A stretch of DNA of 64,000 nt from Marivita sp. (GCF_020055635.1 NZ_JAIPUT010000007.1:20544-84543), one strand, 5' to 3'. Positions 1 through 9,687 are shown, numbered from the stretch's first letter. Program-made: numbers and translations. The notes: generated by a model from the letters alone, not told the origin.

Positions 1-241
1 GGCGGAAACGATCTGGGTGATCCTGATCGCCGCCGGACCCGCGCTGACCGTGGCAATGGCGGTGGGCCTGGGGATCGCCCTCCTGCAGGCTCTGACCTCG
101 GTGCAGGAAATGACCCTGACCTTTGTTCCCAAGCTCGCGGCAATCTTCGTGTGTGTCGCGCTGACCCTGCCGCTGATCTACGCGACACTCTTCGGCCTCA
201 GCGAACGGGTCTTCGACCTGATCCAGTCAGGCGCGATCTGA
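1..241 (+). CDS. fliQ: Flagellar export-gate protein FliQ, 5'-truncated at window edge
   Basis: Frame 2 is open from base 2. AETIWVILIAAGPALTVAMAVGLGIALLQALTSVQEMTLTFVPKLAAIF... fits the two-TM FliQ pattern (QA.T..QE.TL.FVPK). Stop TGA at 239-241. Sits with flhA/fliR/flhB. Confidence 0.85.
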   Translation, partial: AETIWVILIAAGPALTVAMAVGLGIALLQALTSVQEMTLTFVPKLAAIFVCVALTLPLIYATLFGLSERVFDLIQSGAI

Positions 242-1209
242 TGCGGCGCCTGTGTCTCGCCGTGACGCTGAGCTCTTTGCTGCCAGCGGCATCGGATGCC
301 GGCATCTTCGACGGCCTTTTCTTTTTTCCCCCCGCGTCGGCTGTGGACGTTGCGGTTGGACCCGATCAGAGCCAGACGTCAGCGGCAGCCGGGCTTGACC
401 AGGCGGTGTGCATCCGGGCGATCCGCCAGGCTGAGCGGGCCAATGGCATCCCGCACAACCTGCTGATGGCGCTTGGTTTGCAGGAAGCGGGAATGACCTT
501 CCAGGGGGCGCGGACGATCTGGCCCTGGTCGGTGAACGTGGAGGGGCGGGGACACCGCTTCGACACCCGTCTTGAGGCCGAAGCTTTCGTGCAGGGGCAA
601 CTGGAGCGGGGCATCCGCTCCATCGACGTCGGTTGCCTGCAGATCAACCTGCGCTGGCATCCCGACGCCTTCCCGACGCCGCGTGACGGGTTCGACCCGG
701 CCCTGAATGCCGATTACGCCGCGCGTTTCCTGCGCGACCTTCGCGCCCAGACTGGAGACTGGCGGCAAGCGGCGGGGCGCTATCATTCCGCCACGCCGGA
801 ACACAAGGCGCTGTATCTCAAGGGCGTCGACCGACAGCTCGCCACGCTCGAGTCTGGCGCGGTTGCGATCGATGCGCTGGCCGAGAAAGTTCCTCCCGCC
901 CAGGCGGACGTGGTCGCCCCGATGCCCGTCACCCGAGCACCCGGCATTCGCGTGGCTGCGGCCGTGCCGCAGCGGATGAGGCCCTTGAAGACGTCCATCC
1001 GGCGAATTCCGCCGAGGGGTTCCACTTTCCTGCGCGTGCTGGAGCCGTTGCCCGCCTCGGTCACGAACCAGCACGCATCGCCCTCGCCTGTGGTCGAGCA
1101 GACAGGTGCCGGATGGTCCGCGGCCCTGTCGGACGCCGACGAAGGCGCCGCGTCCCTTTACGGCGGCGCCGCGCAGCCCCTTTTCTTACCCTCCCCACCG
1201 GCGCACTGA
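241..1209 (+). CDS. Flagellar-cluster lytic transglycosylase (SLT domain, SltF/FlgJ-like role)
   Basis: ATG 241 overlaps the fliQ stop (TGATG). Signal-like N-terminus MRRLCLAVTLSSLLPAASDAG. SLT-type core LLMALGLQEAGM...WPWSVNVEG...IDVGCLQINLRWH. Pro/Ala-rich C-terminal third. The track start at 151 would overlap fliQ and is not used. Confidence 0.7.
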   Translation: MRRLCLAVTLSSLLPAASDAGIFDGLFFFPPASAVDVAVGPDQSQTSAAAGLDQAVCIRAIRQAERANGIPHNLLMALGLQEAGMTFQGARTIWPWSVNVEGRGHRFDTRLEAEAFVQGQLERGIRSIDVGCLQINLRWHPDAFPTPRDGFDPALNADYAARFLRDLRAQTGDWRQAAGRYHSATPEHKALYLKGVDRQLATLESGAVAIDALAEKVPPAQADVVAPMPVTRAPGIRVAAAVPQRMRPLKTSIRRIPPRGSTFLRVLEPLPASVTNQHASPSPVVEQTGAGWSAALSDADEGAASLYGGAAQPLFLPSPPAH

Positions 1210-1212
1210 TCC

Positions 1213-3315
1213 ATGTCCCGCACAGTCCGACAGAAGTCGTCCACGCCTCTCGACACGGTCCTCGACCTTGTCGCTCCGCTTTTGCGCAACCGCGACGTCT
1301 CCTTTGCGGTCGGCATCGCGGTCATCCTCGCGGTGCTCTTCGTACCGTTGCCGTCGGTCCTGCTCGACCTCGGGCTCGCATTGTCCATCGCGCTGTCGAT
1401 CCTGGTGCTGATGGTCGCACTCTGGGTCAACAAGCCGCTCGAGTTCAGCAGCTTTCCGACGCTTCTTCTCGTCGTCACCATGCTTCGGCTTGCGCTCAAT
1501 GTCGCCTCGTCCCGGTTGATCCTGTCCGAGGGTCAGACCGGCACCGACGCGGCAGGCCATGTCATCGAGGGTATCGCAAGCTTTGTCGTGGGCGGCGACT
1601 TCGTGATCGGCGCGGTGGTGTTCTGTATCCTGATCGTCATCAACTTCATGGTGATCACGAAAGGCTCCAGCCGGATCGCCGAGGTCTCCGCACGGTTCTC
1701 GCTCGATGCGATGCCGGGCAAGCAGATGGCGATCGATGCGGATCTCGGCGCGGGCGTCATCGACGAGGAAGAAGCGCGCCGACGGCGCAAGGAAGTCGAG
1801 GGCGAGAGCAACTTTTTCGGCGCCATGGACGGCGCGGCAAAGTTCGTGCGCGGCGATGCCGTCGCCGGCATCATCATCACGCTGATCAACATACTTGGCG
1901 GGGTGCTGATCGGCATCCTGCGTCACGGCATGCCGGTCGGCGAAGCGATGCACAACTTCACCGTTCTTACCATAGGCGACGGGCTGGTCACGCAGATCCC
2001 GGCGCTCATTGTCTCGATCGCCGCAGGTATGATCGTCACGAAGGGCTCCAACGAAGGAATGGCAAGCGAGGCGGTGACTGCGCAGCTGGGCGCGAGTCCC
2101 AAGGCGTTGCACCTCGCTGCGGCGTTGGTCGGGGGGCTCGGGCTGCTTCCGGGCTTCCCGCACATGATGTTCCTCGCGCTGGCGGGTGGCCTGGCGCTGA
2201 TCGGATTTTCAGTCCAGCGCGGCCTCGACCGGCAACGCGCCGAAGAGGAGGAGCAGGCGCGCCGGCCGCAGGCCGAAAACGCCGAAGATCAGACAGACCC
2301 GCTCAGGATCGACGCCATCTGCCTTGACCTCGGAACAGCGCTCATGGTGCTCGTCAACGATCTCGAAGCCTCGCTTCCGGGCAAGGTCCGAAGCCTGCGC
2401 AACCTCTTCATGGCCGAGTACGGTTTCATCCTGCCACCGGTACGGATCAAGGACGACGCGCATCTCAAGCCGCATGACTACCGTATCAGCATACAGGGTC
2501 TTGACGTCGCCACGGGCGAACTGCGCCCGGGCGGCCGTCTGCTGATCGACCCCGGAGACGAGGCCACAGCCATTCCGGGCGAACAGGTCCGAGAGCCGAC
2601 CTTCGGCCTGAACGCGCGCTGGATCGACACATCGAGCGCGCCCGAGGCTGAGGCGGCAGGATTCACCGTGGTCGATCCCGAAAGCGTGGCGATCACCCAC
2701 ATGACCGAGGTCATCAAGGAACATCTGTCCGATCTTCTGACATTCGGGGCCACGCAGGATCTCATCAAGCGGCTCGACCGTGACTACCAGAAGCTCGTCA
2801 GCGACATACCGAACCCCGCGCCGGTGATCCTTCTTCAGCACGTCCTTCAGAACCTCCTGACCGAGCGCCTGTCGATCCGGAACTTGCCGATGATCGTGGA
2901 AGCGGTGGTCGAGGTCGCAGCGGTCACGAAGAACGTCACCCTCATCGGCGAACATGTCCGCCGGCGTCTGGCCGTGCAGATCTGCCATGGCCTCGAGGAC
3001 GCAGAAGGCTTCGTGCCGGTGATCGTTCTGGGTCCCAAGTGGGATGCGGAGTTCGCAGCCAATATCCGGACCCAGGGCGACGAGACGATCTGCACGATGT
3101 CGCCTGCCAAGGTACAGGACTTCATCCTTGCGGCACGCGTTGAAATTCAGAAATTCGCAGCGCGTGACGAATGGCCCGGACTTCTCGTCAATGCCGATAT
3201 CCGGCCCATCGTGCGCTCCATGCTGGAAAGGGTGAGCGGGCAGACGCAGGTCCTCTCGCATTCAGAAGTGCATCGAAAGGCCCGTCTGAAAACCGTCGCA
3301 ACGATCGGAACGTGA
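1213..3315 (+). CDS. flhA: Flagellar type III export protein FlhA
   Basis: 700 aa. N-terminal polytopic TM region (FAVGIAVILAVLFVPLP..., FVVGGDFVIGAVVF), FHIPEP-like segment RIAEVSARFSLDAMPGKQMAIDADL, large cytoplasmic C-domain. Confidence 0.95.
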   Translation: MSRTVRQKSSTPLDTVLDLVAPLLRNRDVSFAVGIAVILAVLFVPLPSVLLDLGLALSIALSILVLMVALWVNKPLEFSSFPTLLLVVTMLRLALNVASSRLILSEGQTGTDAAGHVIEGIASFVVGGDFVIGAVVFCILIVINFMVITKGSSRIAEVSARFSLDAMPGKQMAIDADLGAGVIDEEEARRRRKEVEGESNFFGAMDGAAKFVRGDAVAGIIITLINILGGVLIGILRHGMPVGEAMHNFTVLTIGDGLVTQIPALIVSIAAGMIVTKGSNEGMASEAVTAQLGASPKALHLAAALVGGLGLLPGFPHMMFLALAGGLALIGFSVQRGLDRQRAEEEEQARRPQAENAEDQTDPLRIDAICLDLGTALMVLVNDLEASLPGKVRSLRNLFMAEYGFILPPVRIKDDAHLKPHDYRISIQGLDVATGELRPGGRLLIDPGDEATAIPGEQVREPTFGLNARWIDTSSAPEAEAAGFTVVDPESVAITHMTEVIKEHLSDLLTFGATQDLIKRLDRDYQKLVSDIPNPAPVILLQHVLQNLLTERLSIRNLPMIVEAVVEVAAVTKNVTLIGEHVRRRLAVQICHGLEDAEGFVPVIVLGPKWDAEFAANIRTQGDETICTMSPAKVQDFILAARVEIQKFAARDEWPGLLVNADIRPIVRSMLERVSGQTQVLSHSEVHRKARLKTVATIGT

Positions 3316-3318
3316 CAG

Positions 3319-4080
3319 GTGGATCCGACCCTCGCCCCCGACATCGTGAGCGGCTGGATTCACCTGGCCGCTCTTGCCTTCGCGCGGGTCGGAACCGCCG
3401 TCCTTCTTCTTCCCGGCTTTGGCGAAACGCAAATCCCGCCACGGATCCGCATCGCGCTCGGCCTTGTGCTGACGCTCTCGCTTCTGCCGATCCTGCCGCT
3501 CCCGGCGCCGCCGACGCAGGTCACCGCACTTGCGCTGCTGCTCGGCGCCGAGGCGGCGATCGGCATCTTCATCGGAACCGGCGCGCGCATTCTGGTTGCC
3601 TCGCTGCACCTGCTCGGCGCGCTCGTGGGCATGGTCTCGGGCCTCAGCAATGCCTTTGCCCCAAGCCAGGCCAATACCGAAGGCGCCACCGCGCTTGCCG
3701 CGCTCCTGACCGTGGCAGCGATTGCGCTCATCTTCGCGACCGACCTGCATCACATGATGATCTCCGCGATCCTGAACTCGTACATGATCCTGCCGCCCGG
3801 GCGGCTGCCGGTGGGCGACATGACCGACCAGATCGCCCGGCTCGGGGCCGGGGCGTTCCAGATTGCGACCAGCATGGCGACGCCCTTCCTGGTCATCGCC
3901 GTACTTCTCAACCTCGCACTTGGCCTCGCGAACCGCATCATGCCGACCATGCAGGTTTTCTTCGTGGCCGCGCCTGGCCTCATTCTCGCCGGGCTTACCG
4001 TCTTCGTCATCACGCTGCCCGCTGTTCTGGATCACATGATGATGGTGCTGTCCGACTGGCTCCTCGGACTGTCCCGGTAA
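3319..4080 (+). CDS. fliR: Flagellar export-gate protein FliR
   Basis: GTG start 4 nt after the flhA stop. 253 aa polytopic membrane protein (LAALAFARVGTAVLLLPGFGE...). Lies between flhA and flhB. Confidence 0.9.
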   Translation: MDPTLAPDIVSGWIHLAALAFARVGTAVLLLPGFGETQIPPRIRIALGLVLTLSLLPILPLPAPPTQVTALALLLGAEAAIGIFIGTGARILVASLHLLGALVGMVSGLSNAFAPSQANTEGATALAALLTVAAIALIFATDLHHMMISAILNSYMILPPGRLPVGDMTDQIARLGAGAFQIATSMATPFLVIAVLLNLALGLANRIMPTMQVFFVAAPGLILAGLTVFVITLPAVLDHMMMVLSDWLLGLSR

Positions 4081-4083
4081 GCC

Positions 4084-5250
4084 ATGTCCGAGAATGAAGA
4101 CGACAGCTCGAAGACCGAAGAGCCCTCCGAGCGAAAGCTCCGCAAAGCGCGCGACAAGGGCGATGTGCCGATCAGCCGTGATGTCGGGCACCTCCTGGGT
4201 TTCGGGGGGCTTCTGGGCATCGTTGTCCTGATGGCCACGGGCCCCGGTCTCGAGGCGACGCATTCGCTGGCACAACTCATGACACAGGCAACCGCGGCCG
4301 AGATCAGCGTCGGTGAGGCCGGCATCGGCGATTTGGGCGACCTCATCTTCGGCCCCTTGCGGCCGGCCGCCCTGATGACAGCCGGAGCGCTGAGCCTGCT
4401 GGGCGCAGGTGGGCTTCTGACGGGCCTTCTTCAGGGACCGTTTGCCGCCTCGGCCGAACGGATCCGGCCGAAGCCCGACAAGATTTCACCGATGAAGGGA
4501 TTGAAGAAACTCACCTCGGCCGAGCATCTTGTCGACTTTCTGAAGAGCCTTCTCAAGCTGATGATGATCGGGGCCGTGGGGTTTTACGTCGTCTGGTCGG
4601 TGATGCGGGCGCTTCTGCCCGGCACCGTCGCGGGACCGGAATGGATTCCGGGCATGTTGGCGTCCGGCACCCTGAAGATGCTCGGACTCATCTGCGCATT
4701 CATGATGCCGATCGTGATCTTCGACCTTTTGTGGAAGCGATACAGCCACAACAAGAAGCAGCGCATGACCATCAAGGAGGTGCGCGACGAGCACAAGGAG
4801 ACCGAAGGGGACCCGCACATCGCGGCCCGGCGCATGCAGATCCGCCGCGAGCGTGTTCGCCAGCGGATCTCTCAGTCGGTTCCCGCGGCGACGCTCGTTG
4901 TCACCAATCCGACACACTATGCCGTCGCGTTGCGATATGTACGAGGCGTTGATGTTGCACCGGTTTGCGTTGCGAAGGGAACGGATCTGGTGGCGGCGCG
5001 GATTCGTCGGATTGCGTATGACAGTGATGTCCCGGTGATCGAAAGTGCTGCGCTGGCGCGCGCGCTGCACGCGACGACGGAAATTGATCAGGTCATACCC
5101 GAGGCGCATTGGCAGGCGGTTGCCGGTCTGGTGAGTTTTGTATTGGATTTGCGAGGTCGGGTTCGTCGCGAGCTTCCGTTTGGGTCGCGGTTGCGGGGTC
5201 CTGGGGATGAGGATGCTGGGGTCTTCGGTGTCAGTCGAGGCGGACGATGA
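4084..5250 (+). CDS. flhB: Flagellar export switch protein FlhB
   Basis: N-terminus MSENEDDSSKTEEPSERKLRKARDKGDVPISRDV is classic FlhB. NPTH autocleavage motif present (VVTNPTHYAVAL). About 35-aa C-terminal extension. The 3' end overlaps the convergent gene by 20 bp. Confidence 0.95.
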   Translation: MSENEDDSSKTEEPSERKLRKARDKGDVPISRDVGHLLGFGGLLGIVVLMATGPGLEATHSLAQLMTQATAAEISVGEAGIGDLGDLIFGPLRPAALMTAGALSLLGAGGLLTGLLQGPFAASAERIRPKPDKISPMKGLKKLTSAEHLVDFLKSLLKLMMIGAVGFYVVWSVMRALLPGTVAGPEWIPGMLASGTLKMLGLICAFMMPIVIFDLLWKRYSHNKKQRMTIKEVRDEHKETEGDPHIAARRMQIRRERVRQRISQSVPAATLVVTNPTHYAVALRYVRGVDVAPVCVAKGTDLVAARIRRIAYDSDVPVIESAALARALHATTEIDQVIPEAHWQAVAGLVSFVLDLRGRVRRELPFGSRLRGPGDEDAGVFGVSRGGR

Positions 5251-5935
5251 CGGGGGCGCGGTCTCCTGGCAGGCGGGAGCGTTCGAGGATCACGCGGGAG
5301 ATGGCGTTGGCGCGCATCGGGTCCATGGTTGCCATGATCGGGCCGGAGCTGCGTTCGGGCATCGCGGAGATGACGAGGACGGCCAGTTCGAGATCGGCTT
5401 CCTGCATGATGGCGGCGGCTTCTGCGGGTTTCATGGCCTCGTAGATTTTGACGAGCCGGGTGATGTCGGCGTTGTGGTCGCCCCGGGCCTGCTCGAGAAG
5501 GCGGCTGAGCTCGTCGCGCAGGGCGGCGAGCTGCTGGTTCTGCGACATCACGGCGGCGCGGGCCAGGTCGATCTCGGCGGCGCGCAGGTCGAGTTCGGCG
5601 GCGCGGGCGGCGAGCGCGTCATGTTCGGCCGCGATGGCGGCAAGCAGCTCCGGCAGCGCGTCTGCGGGCCCGGTTTGTGATCCGGCCTGCGATCTGGCCT
5701 GGGATGTGGCCTGGGATGTGGCCGGCGCATCGGGCAGCGTCCGGCGCGGCGTTCCGGTCCCGTCCCAGGCGGCGTCCGAGCCAGGGGGCAGGGTCGGCTC
5801 CGCGACGGCGGCGCCGGCGGGCCTTGCCAGGGCCAGGGCCGCATCGAGCCCCTCGGCGCCGGACAGCAGGGAGACCGCCTTGGCCCCGGCGAGCCCTGCG
5901 AAGGCGACGGCGCCGATCTTGACCAGCTTCAGCAT
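5231..5935 (-). CDS. MotE/FlbB-like flagellar protein (MgtE_N-like C-domain)
   Basis: Start taken at MLKLVKIGAVAFAG (CAT at 5933-5935). The Arg-rich 143-codon extension in the track is rejected. The C-terminal ITRLVKIYEAMKPAEAAAIMQEADLELAVLVISAMPERSSGPIMATMDP matches the MotE-type motif. Confidence 0.65.
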   Translation of the reverse strand: MLKLVKIGAVAFAGLAGAKAVSLLSGAEGLDAALALARPAGAAVAEPTLPPGSDAAWDGTGTPRRTLPDAPATSQATSQARSQAGSQTGPADALPELLAAIAAEHDALAARAAELDLRAAEIDLARAAVMSQNQQLAALRDELSRLLEQARGDHNADITRLVKIYEAMKPAEAAAIMQEADLELAVLVISAMPERSSGPIMATMDPMRANAISRVILERSRLPGDRAPVIVRLD

Positions 5936-6264
5936 CCGCGCCGCCTTCCGCGGACGATTTCCATCAGGGAGTTGATGAGGATTTCGCGGTCGTCTGCCGG
6001 CGCCGGGCGGGCCGGGCTGTCGGTCGCGTCGACGGACCGGTTGGCGTTGGCCGCGACCGTCTCGATGCGGGCGCTTTGTGCGCGCAGGTCGTGCACGGAC
6101 TGCTCCGACCGGTCGACGGCGGCCGAGAAGGCGGCAAGGGCCGGTCCGAACTCGACAAGCGCGCGGCTCAGCCTGTCGAGCCGCCGCGACAGGACGACGC
6201 CATAGCCGATCCCGCCGAGCAGGAGCACCAGGATGGCGCCCTCGATGAGGTCCATATCGGCCAT
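5929..6264 (-). CDS. Small membrane-anchored coiled-coil protein of the flagellar cluster (function unknown)
   Basis: ATG at 6264 overlaps the fliM stop by 1 nt (TGATG). One N-terminal TM segment (LIEGAILVLLLGGIGYGVVL). Its 3' end overlaps the next gene start by 7 bp, so it is embedded in an operon. Confidence 0.5.
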   Translation of the reverse strand: MADMDLIEGAILVLLLGGIGYGVVLSRRLDRLSRALVEFGPALAAFSAAVDRSEQSVHDLRAQSARIETVAANANRSVDATDSPARPAPADDREILINSLMEIVRGRRRGC

Positions 6265-7232
6265 CACAGCGCCTCCAGCTCTTCAGGATCGGTGGGTTCG
6301 GCCGGTTCGCCCGCCTCCCGCTCGACCCGCAGCGCGATGTTGCCGCTCTTGAGACGGCCGGCATGTCCGAAGAGGATCGGGATGCCCGAGCACATCACCG
6401 TCACCTCCTGGTCGGGCAGGATGCCGAAGTCGATCTGCGTGCCCCGCTTCCAGCCGAGGATCTGGGCGAGCGGGATCCGCTTTTCGTGGATCCGGGCCGT
6501 GACGACGACGCTCGAGCCGGTGATGCGGCCCGCGATGTGGTCGCGCCAGGAGGTGTCGCCCCCCAGCTTGTCGCCGAGAAACATCGTCGATAGCCGCTCC
6601 TGCACCGGATCGAGCGTGCGCAACGGGATGATGATGCTGAAGCTGCCCTCGCAATCGTCGAGCCGGACCTCCATCCGGGCGATGGCGCAGGGCGTGTTGA
6701 CGCCGTGGATCGCGCCGATCTCCTTGGGGGATTCGACCGCCTCGAGGCTGAACCGGGCCTCGGCGATCCGCGACATGTTGGTGGCGAGATCCTCGAGGAT
6801 CAGGCGGAAGAGATGGCGCATGGTCTCGCGCTCGATCCCGGTCGGCGCCCGGGCGGGCGCGGCCCCGGGAACCGGTATGCCGCCGGTCAGCTTTTCCATC
6901 GCGGCGAAGACGAACTCGCTGTCCATCGACAGCGCGATCGCGCCGTTCCATTCCGGCGCCTGGGCCGTGGCGCAGATCGCATGCGGGTCCATCCCCGTGA
7001 CCACCTCCCCCCAGCAGGCATAGGTCGTGCGGTCGAACCGGATATCGGTGAGCAGGCTCGCCCGGGCGCGGAACGAGGCTGCGGTCGCGGGCGCCATGCG
7101 CGAGAAGATGACGTCCAGCATCGGCAGCGGCTGGAAGCCGGCCGAGGCCTTGGCGATGATCTCTTCCTCGACGAGCCGGGTCTGGGGCGCGGTCAGCCCG
7201 GGTGCGGGCGCGTGCGGGTCGGTGTCTTCCAT
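6264..7232 (-). CDS. fliM: Flagellar motor switch protein FliM
   Basis: 322 aa. Downstream of fliL on the same strand. C-terminal SpoA-like segment (...RIPLAQILGWKRGTQIDFGILPDQEVTVMCSGIPILFGHAG). Confidence 0.85.
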   Translation of the reverse strand: MEDTDPHAPAPGLTAPQTRLVEEEIIAKASAGFQPLPMLDVIFSRMAPATAASFRARASLLTDIRFDRTTYACWGEVVTGMDPHAICATAQAPEWNGAIALSMDSEFVFAAMEKLTGGIPVPGAAPARAPTGIERETMRHLFRLILEDLATNMSRIAEARFSLEAVESPKEIGAIHGVNTPCAIARMEVRLDDCEGSFSIIIPLRTLDPVQERLSTMFLGDKLGGDTSWRDHIAGRITGSSVVVTARIHEKRIPLAQILGWKRGTQIDFGILPDQEVTVMCSGIPILFGHAGRLKSGNIALRVEREAGEPAEPTDPEELEAL

Positions 7233-7245
7233 ACGGGGTTCTCCC

Positions 7246-7764
7246 TCATTGGATAACGAGGTCCTGGATCAGGACCGCTTTCGCGTTCAGTTCGGGCGCC
7301 ACGGCGCGGGCGCGGCGCAACAGCTCCTCGCGCAGCAGGGCAAAGCCGGCGCTGCCGCGCACGTCGCTTTCCCTGAGTTGCGACAGGTACTCGATGAACG
7401 CATCCCTCAGCTCGGCGGTGGGCGCCGGGGTGGTTTCGCCCGTGTCGTGGTCGTCGGCCACGGCGTCGGGATAGGCGACCACGAGAGGTGCGATGAGCAG
7501 ATGGAGCCTTCCGCCGCCGGCCCGATCGGCGGGGATGACGACGGTGATCCGGCCGACCTCGACCTCCTGGCGGTCGCGCGCGGGCGCGTCCCTCTCTTCG
7601 GTGGCGGCGTGCGGCGGGTCTTCGGAGGCGGTGTCGTCGCCGAACACCATCCCGAAGGAGATGCCGGCGCCGACGCCGACCAGGAAGACGAGGGCAACCC
7701 CAAGGATCAGGACGATCCTGCCCCGCGAGGCGGGAGCTTCGGGAAGCGCCGTGACGCTGGACAT
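7246..7764 (-). CDS. fliL: Flagellar basal-body-associated protein FliL
   Basis: 172 aa. Single TM (RIVLILGVALVFLVGVGAGISFGMVF). C-terminal ...AVLIQDLVIQ is typical of FliL. Directly upstream of fliM. Confidence 0.8.
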   Translation of the reverse strand: MSSVTALPEAPASRGRIVLILGVALVFLVGVGAGISFGMVFGDDTASEDPPHAATEERDAPARDRQEVEVGRITVVIPADRAGGGRLHLLIAPLVVAYPDAVADDHDTGETTPAPTAELRDAFIEYLSQLRESDVRGSAGFALLREELLRRARAVAPELNAKAVLIQDLVIQ

Positions 7765-7796
7765 GATGCGCGAACTCCGGGATCAGAAAGCTTTTC

Positions 7797-7810
7797 GCAA
7801 ACCGTTACCC
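7797..7810 (-). promoter_or_regulatory. Candidate sigma-54-type -24/-12 element upstream of fliL
   Basis: The minus strand reads GGGTAACGGTTTGC (GG-N10-GC spacing, TTGC at -12). The -12 GC lies about 33 nt from the fliL ATG. The -24 half is weak. Confidence 0.25.
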
Positions 7811-7922
7811 TGTCGGCGCCCGCTTGGGAAGCCCCGCGATCCGAATTTCCCGGGCCGCCCGGGGCAAAGCCCGCAGATCCGGGCCAACAGGCACAGGGCG
7901 TTGCAGGAAGGCTTCAACTTCC

Positions 7923-7936
7923 GGCACGGTCTTCGC
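7923..7936 (+). promoter_or_regulatory. Candidate sigma-54-type -24/-12 element upstream of fliF
   Basis: GGCACGGTCTTCGC against consensus TGGCACG-N4-TTGC. GGCACG is exact and the GG-N10-GC spacing is correct. About 105 nt upstream of the fliF GTG. Confidence 0.3.
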
Positions 7937-8041
7937 CGGTCTTGAGATTGTTCAAAACTCGGTATATCCCGTTTTTCGCAAGCCACTTCCAGGGAATCCG
8001 CGGGGAGTCCACGGGCGGGCAGGTCAGGCGCCGGGGGGCCC

Positions 8042-9682
8042 GTGAACAACGTCATCGACAATCTGGCAGCACTCGGTCGCCGCCGTCTCGTCCTGCTGGG
8101 ACTGACCGGGCTCGGCGTGCTTCTTGCCGTCGGCCTGGGGCTCGGCGTGGCGATGGCGCCGACCTACCGCCCGCTGGTGACGGATGCAACCGCAGCGGCG
8201 GGCGCGCAGATCTCCTCCGAACTCGAACGCGCAGGGCTGCGGCCCCGGGTTTCGCCCGACGGCACGATGATCAGCGTCCCCGAGGCCGACATCGCGCAGG
8301 CCCGCATGGCGCTGGCCGAGGCCGGCCTGCCGCCGGCCGACACGGCGGGATGGGCGCTTTTCGACAATGTCTCGGCCATCGGGATGAACAGCTTCCTGCA
8401 GAGGATCAACCGGCTGCGCGCGCTCGAGGGCGAACTCACCCGCTCGATCAAGAGCATGGACGTGGTGGAGGACGCCCGCGTCCACCTCGTCCTGCCCGAG
8501 CGCGAGACCTTCTCGCAGGAGCGGCCGGAGGCTTCGGCGTCGGTCATCGTCCGCACCCGCCGCGGGCAGGTGATGGAGCGCCGCCAGGCGCTCGCGATCC
8601 GGAGCCTCGTCGCGGCTGCGGTGCCCGATCTCGCGCCGGGGCGGGTGACGGTGCTTTCGGCCACCGGCCAGACGATCCTGGCCGAGGACGGCACCGAGAC
8701 CGGGATCGGCGATGCGCAGCTTCAGATCGAGGAGCGCCTGCGGCGCAACATCGAGAGCATCCTCGGCGCCCATGTGGGGCCCGAGAACGTCCGCGTCCGC
8801 GTCACCGCCGAGCTTGACTCGACGCGCCGGGTCGTGGTGCAGGAGAGCTTCGATCCCGAGCAGGCGGTGCCGCGCACGATCACCTCGTCAAGCGAGGAGT
8901 CGCAATCCAGGGATGCCGATCCCGGCGCGGTCGACGTGGCCAACAACCTCGTCGCCGTCGAGCCGGCGGGCGGCGGGGGCAGCAGCTCGGAGAGCCGCTC
9001 CCGGCAATCCGAGGAACGGCAGTTCTCGATCGGCTCGGTCCGCTCCGAGCAGGTCACCGAGGCCGGCGGCATCAAGCGGCTGACCGTTGCGGCGGTGGTC
9101 AACGGCAGCTGGGACGGAGAGACCTATACCGAGCGGAGCCCGCAGGAGCTCGAGCGGCTGGCCTCCCTCGTGCGGACCGCGGCCGGCATCGACCAGGCCC
9201 GCGGTGACCTCGTCACGGTCGAAAGCTTCCGTTTCGCCGGGGACATGGCGCTTCTCGACAACGAGACCGGCGGCCTGTCGGAGCTCCTCGCGCTGCATCT
9301 GGGAACCGTCCTGCGCGCGCTCATCGGCCTGGCCGCGGTGGCGCTGGTTCTCCTGCTTGCGGTCCGCCCCGCCCTCCGGCATCTCGCCGGCCCGCGCGAG
9401 GCGGAGGTCGGCGGCGGGCTGCCGGCGCTCGGCGCCCCCGGGGAGGCCCCGATGGCCATGGCGCTTGCGGGACCGATGGCGATGGGCAGCGCCTTTGCGG
9501 ACAGCCCGGGGCTTTCCGACGGGGCGCCGGGTGAAGGAGAGGCCGAGGGCGACTTCGTCTCCTTCTCGTCCTTCTCGGGCAACGTCATGCGGCAGTATGT
9601 CGACGACTTCAGCCGCCTTGTGGAAACCGAACCCGAAGCTTCCATGCGCACGATCCGCGCCTGGATCAACCAGAAGGGCTGA
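8042..9682 (+). CDS. fliF: Flagellar MS-ring protein FliF
   Basis: GTG start, 546 aa. N-terminal TM, then ...SSELERAGLRPRVSPDGTMISVPEADIAQARMALAEAGLP (typical FliF). Second TM near the C-terminus. Confidence 0.95.
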   Translation: MNNVIDNLAALGRRRLVLLGLTGLGVLLAVGLGLGVAMAPTYRPLVTDATAAAGAQISSELERAGLRPRVSPDGTMISVPEADIAQARMALAEAGLPPADTAGWALFDNVSAIGMNSFLQRINRLRALEGELTRSIKSMDVVEDARVHLVLPERETFSQERPEASASVIVRTRRGQVMERRQALAIRSLVAAAVPDLAPGRVTVLSATGQTILAEDGTETGIGDAQLQIEERLRRNIESILGAHVGPENVRVRVTAELDSTRRVVVQESFDPEQAVPRTITSSSEESQSRDADPGAVDVANNLVAVEPAGGGGSSSESRSRQSEERQFSIGSVRSEQVTEAGGIKRLTVAAVVNGSWDGETYTERSPQELERLASLVRTAAGIDQARGDLVTVESFRFAGDMALLDNETGGLSELLALHLGTVLRALIGLAAVALVLLLAVRPALRHLAGPREAEVGGGLPALGAPGEAPMAMALAGPMAMGSAFADSPGLSDGAPGEGEAEGDFVSFSSFSGNVMRQYVDDFSRLVETEPEASMRTIRAWINQKG

Positions 9683-9687
9683 CGGAA

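Noticed and set aside
1113-2327. 404-aa plus-strand ORF and several minus-strand ORFs inside flhA
   Set aside because: Off-frame Arg-rich products. flhA occupies the locus unambiguously.
5936-6364. N-terminal 143-codon extension of the 377-aa minus-strand ORF (5231-6364)
   Set aside because: Arg/Pro-rich. It overlaps the small membrane-protein gene and the 3' end of fliM. The MotE-like homology begins at MLKLVKIG.
7765-8041. CtrA (TTAA-N7-TTAA) or sigma-28 (TAAA-N15-GCCGATAA) promoter motifs in the flagellar divergent region
   Set aside because: I scanned the gap by eye and found no TTAA half-site pair and no GCCGATAA-like -10 element.
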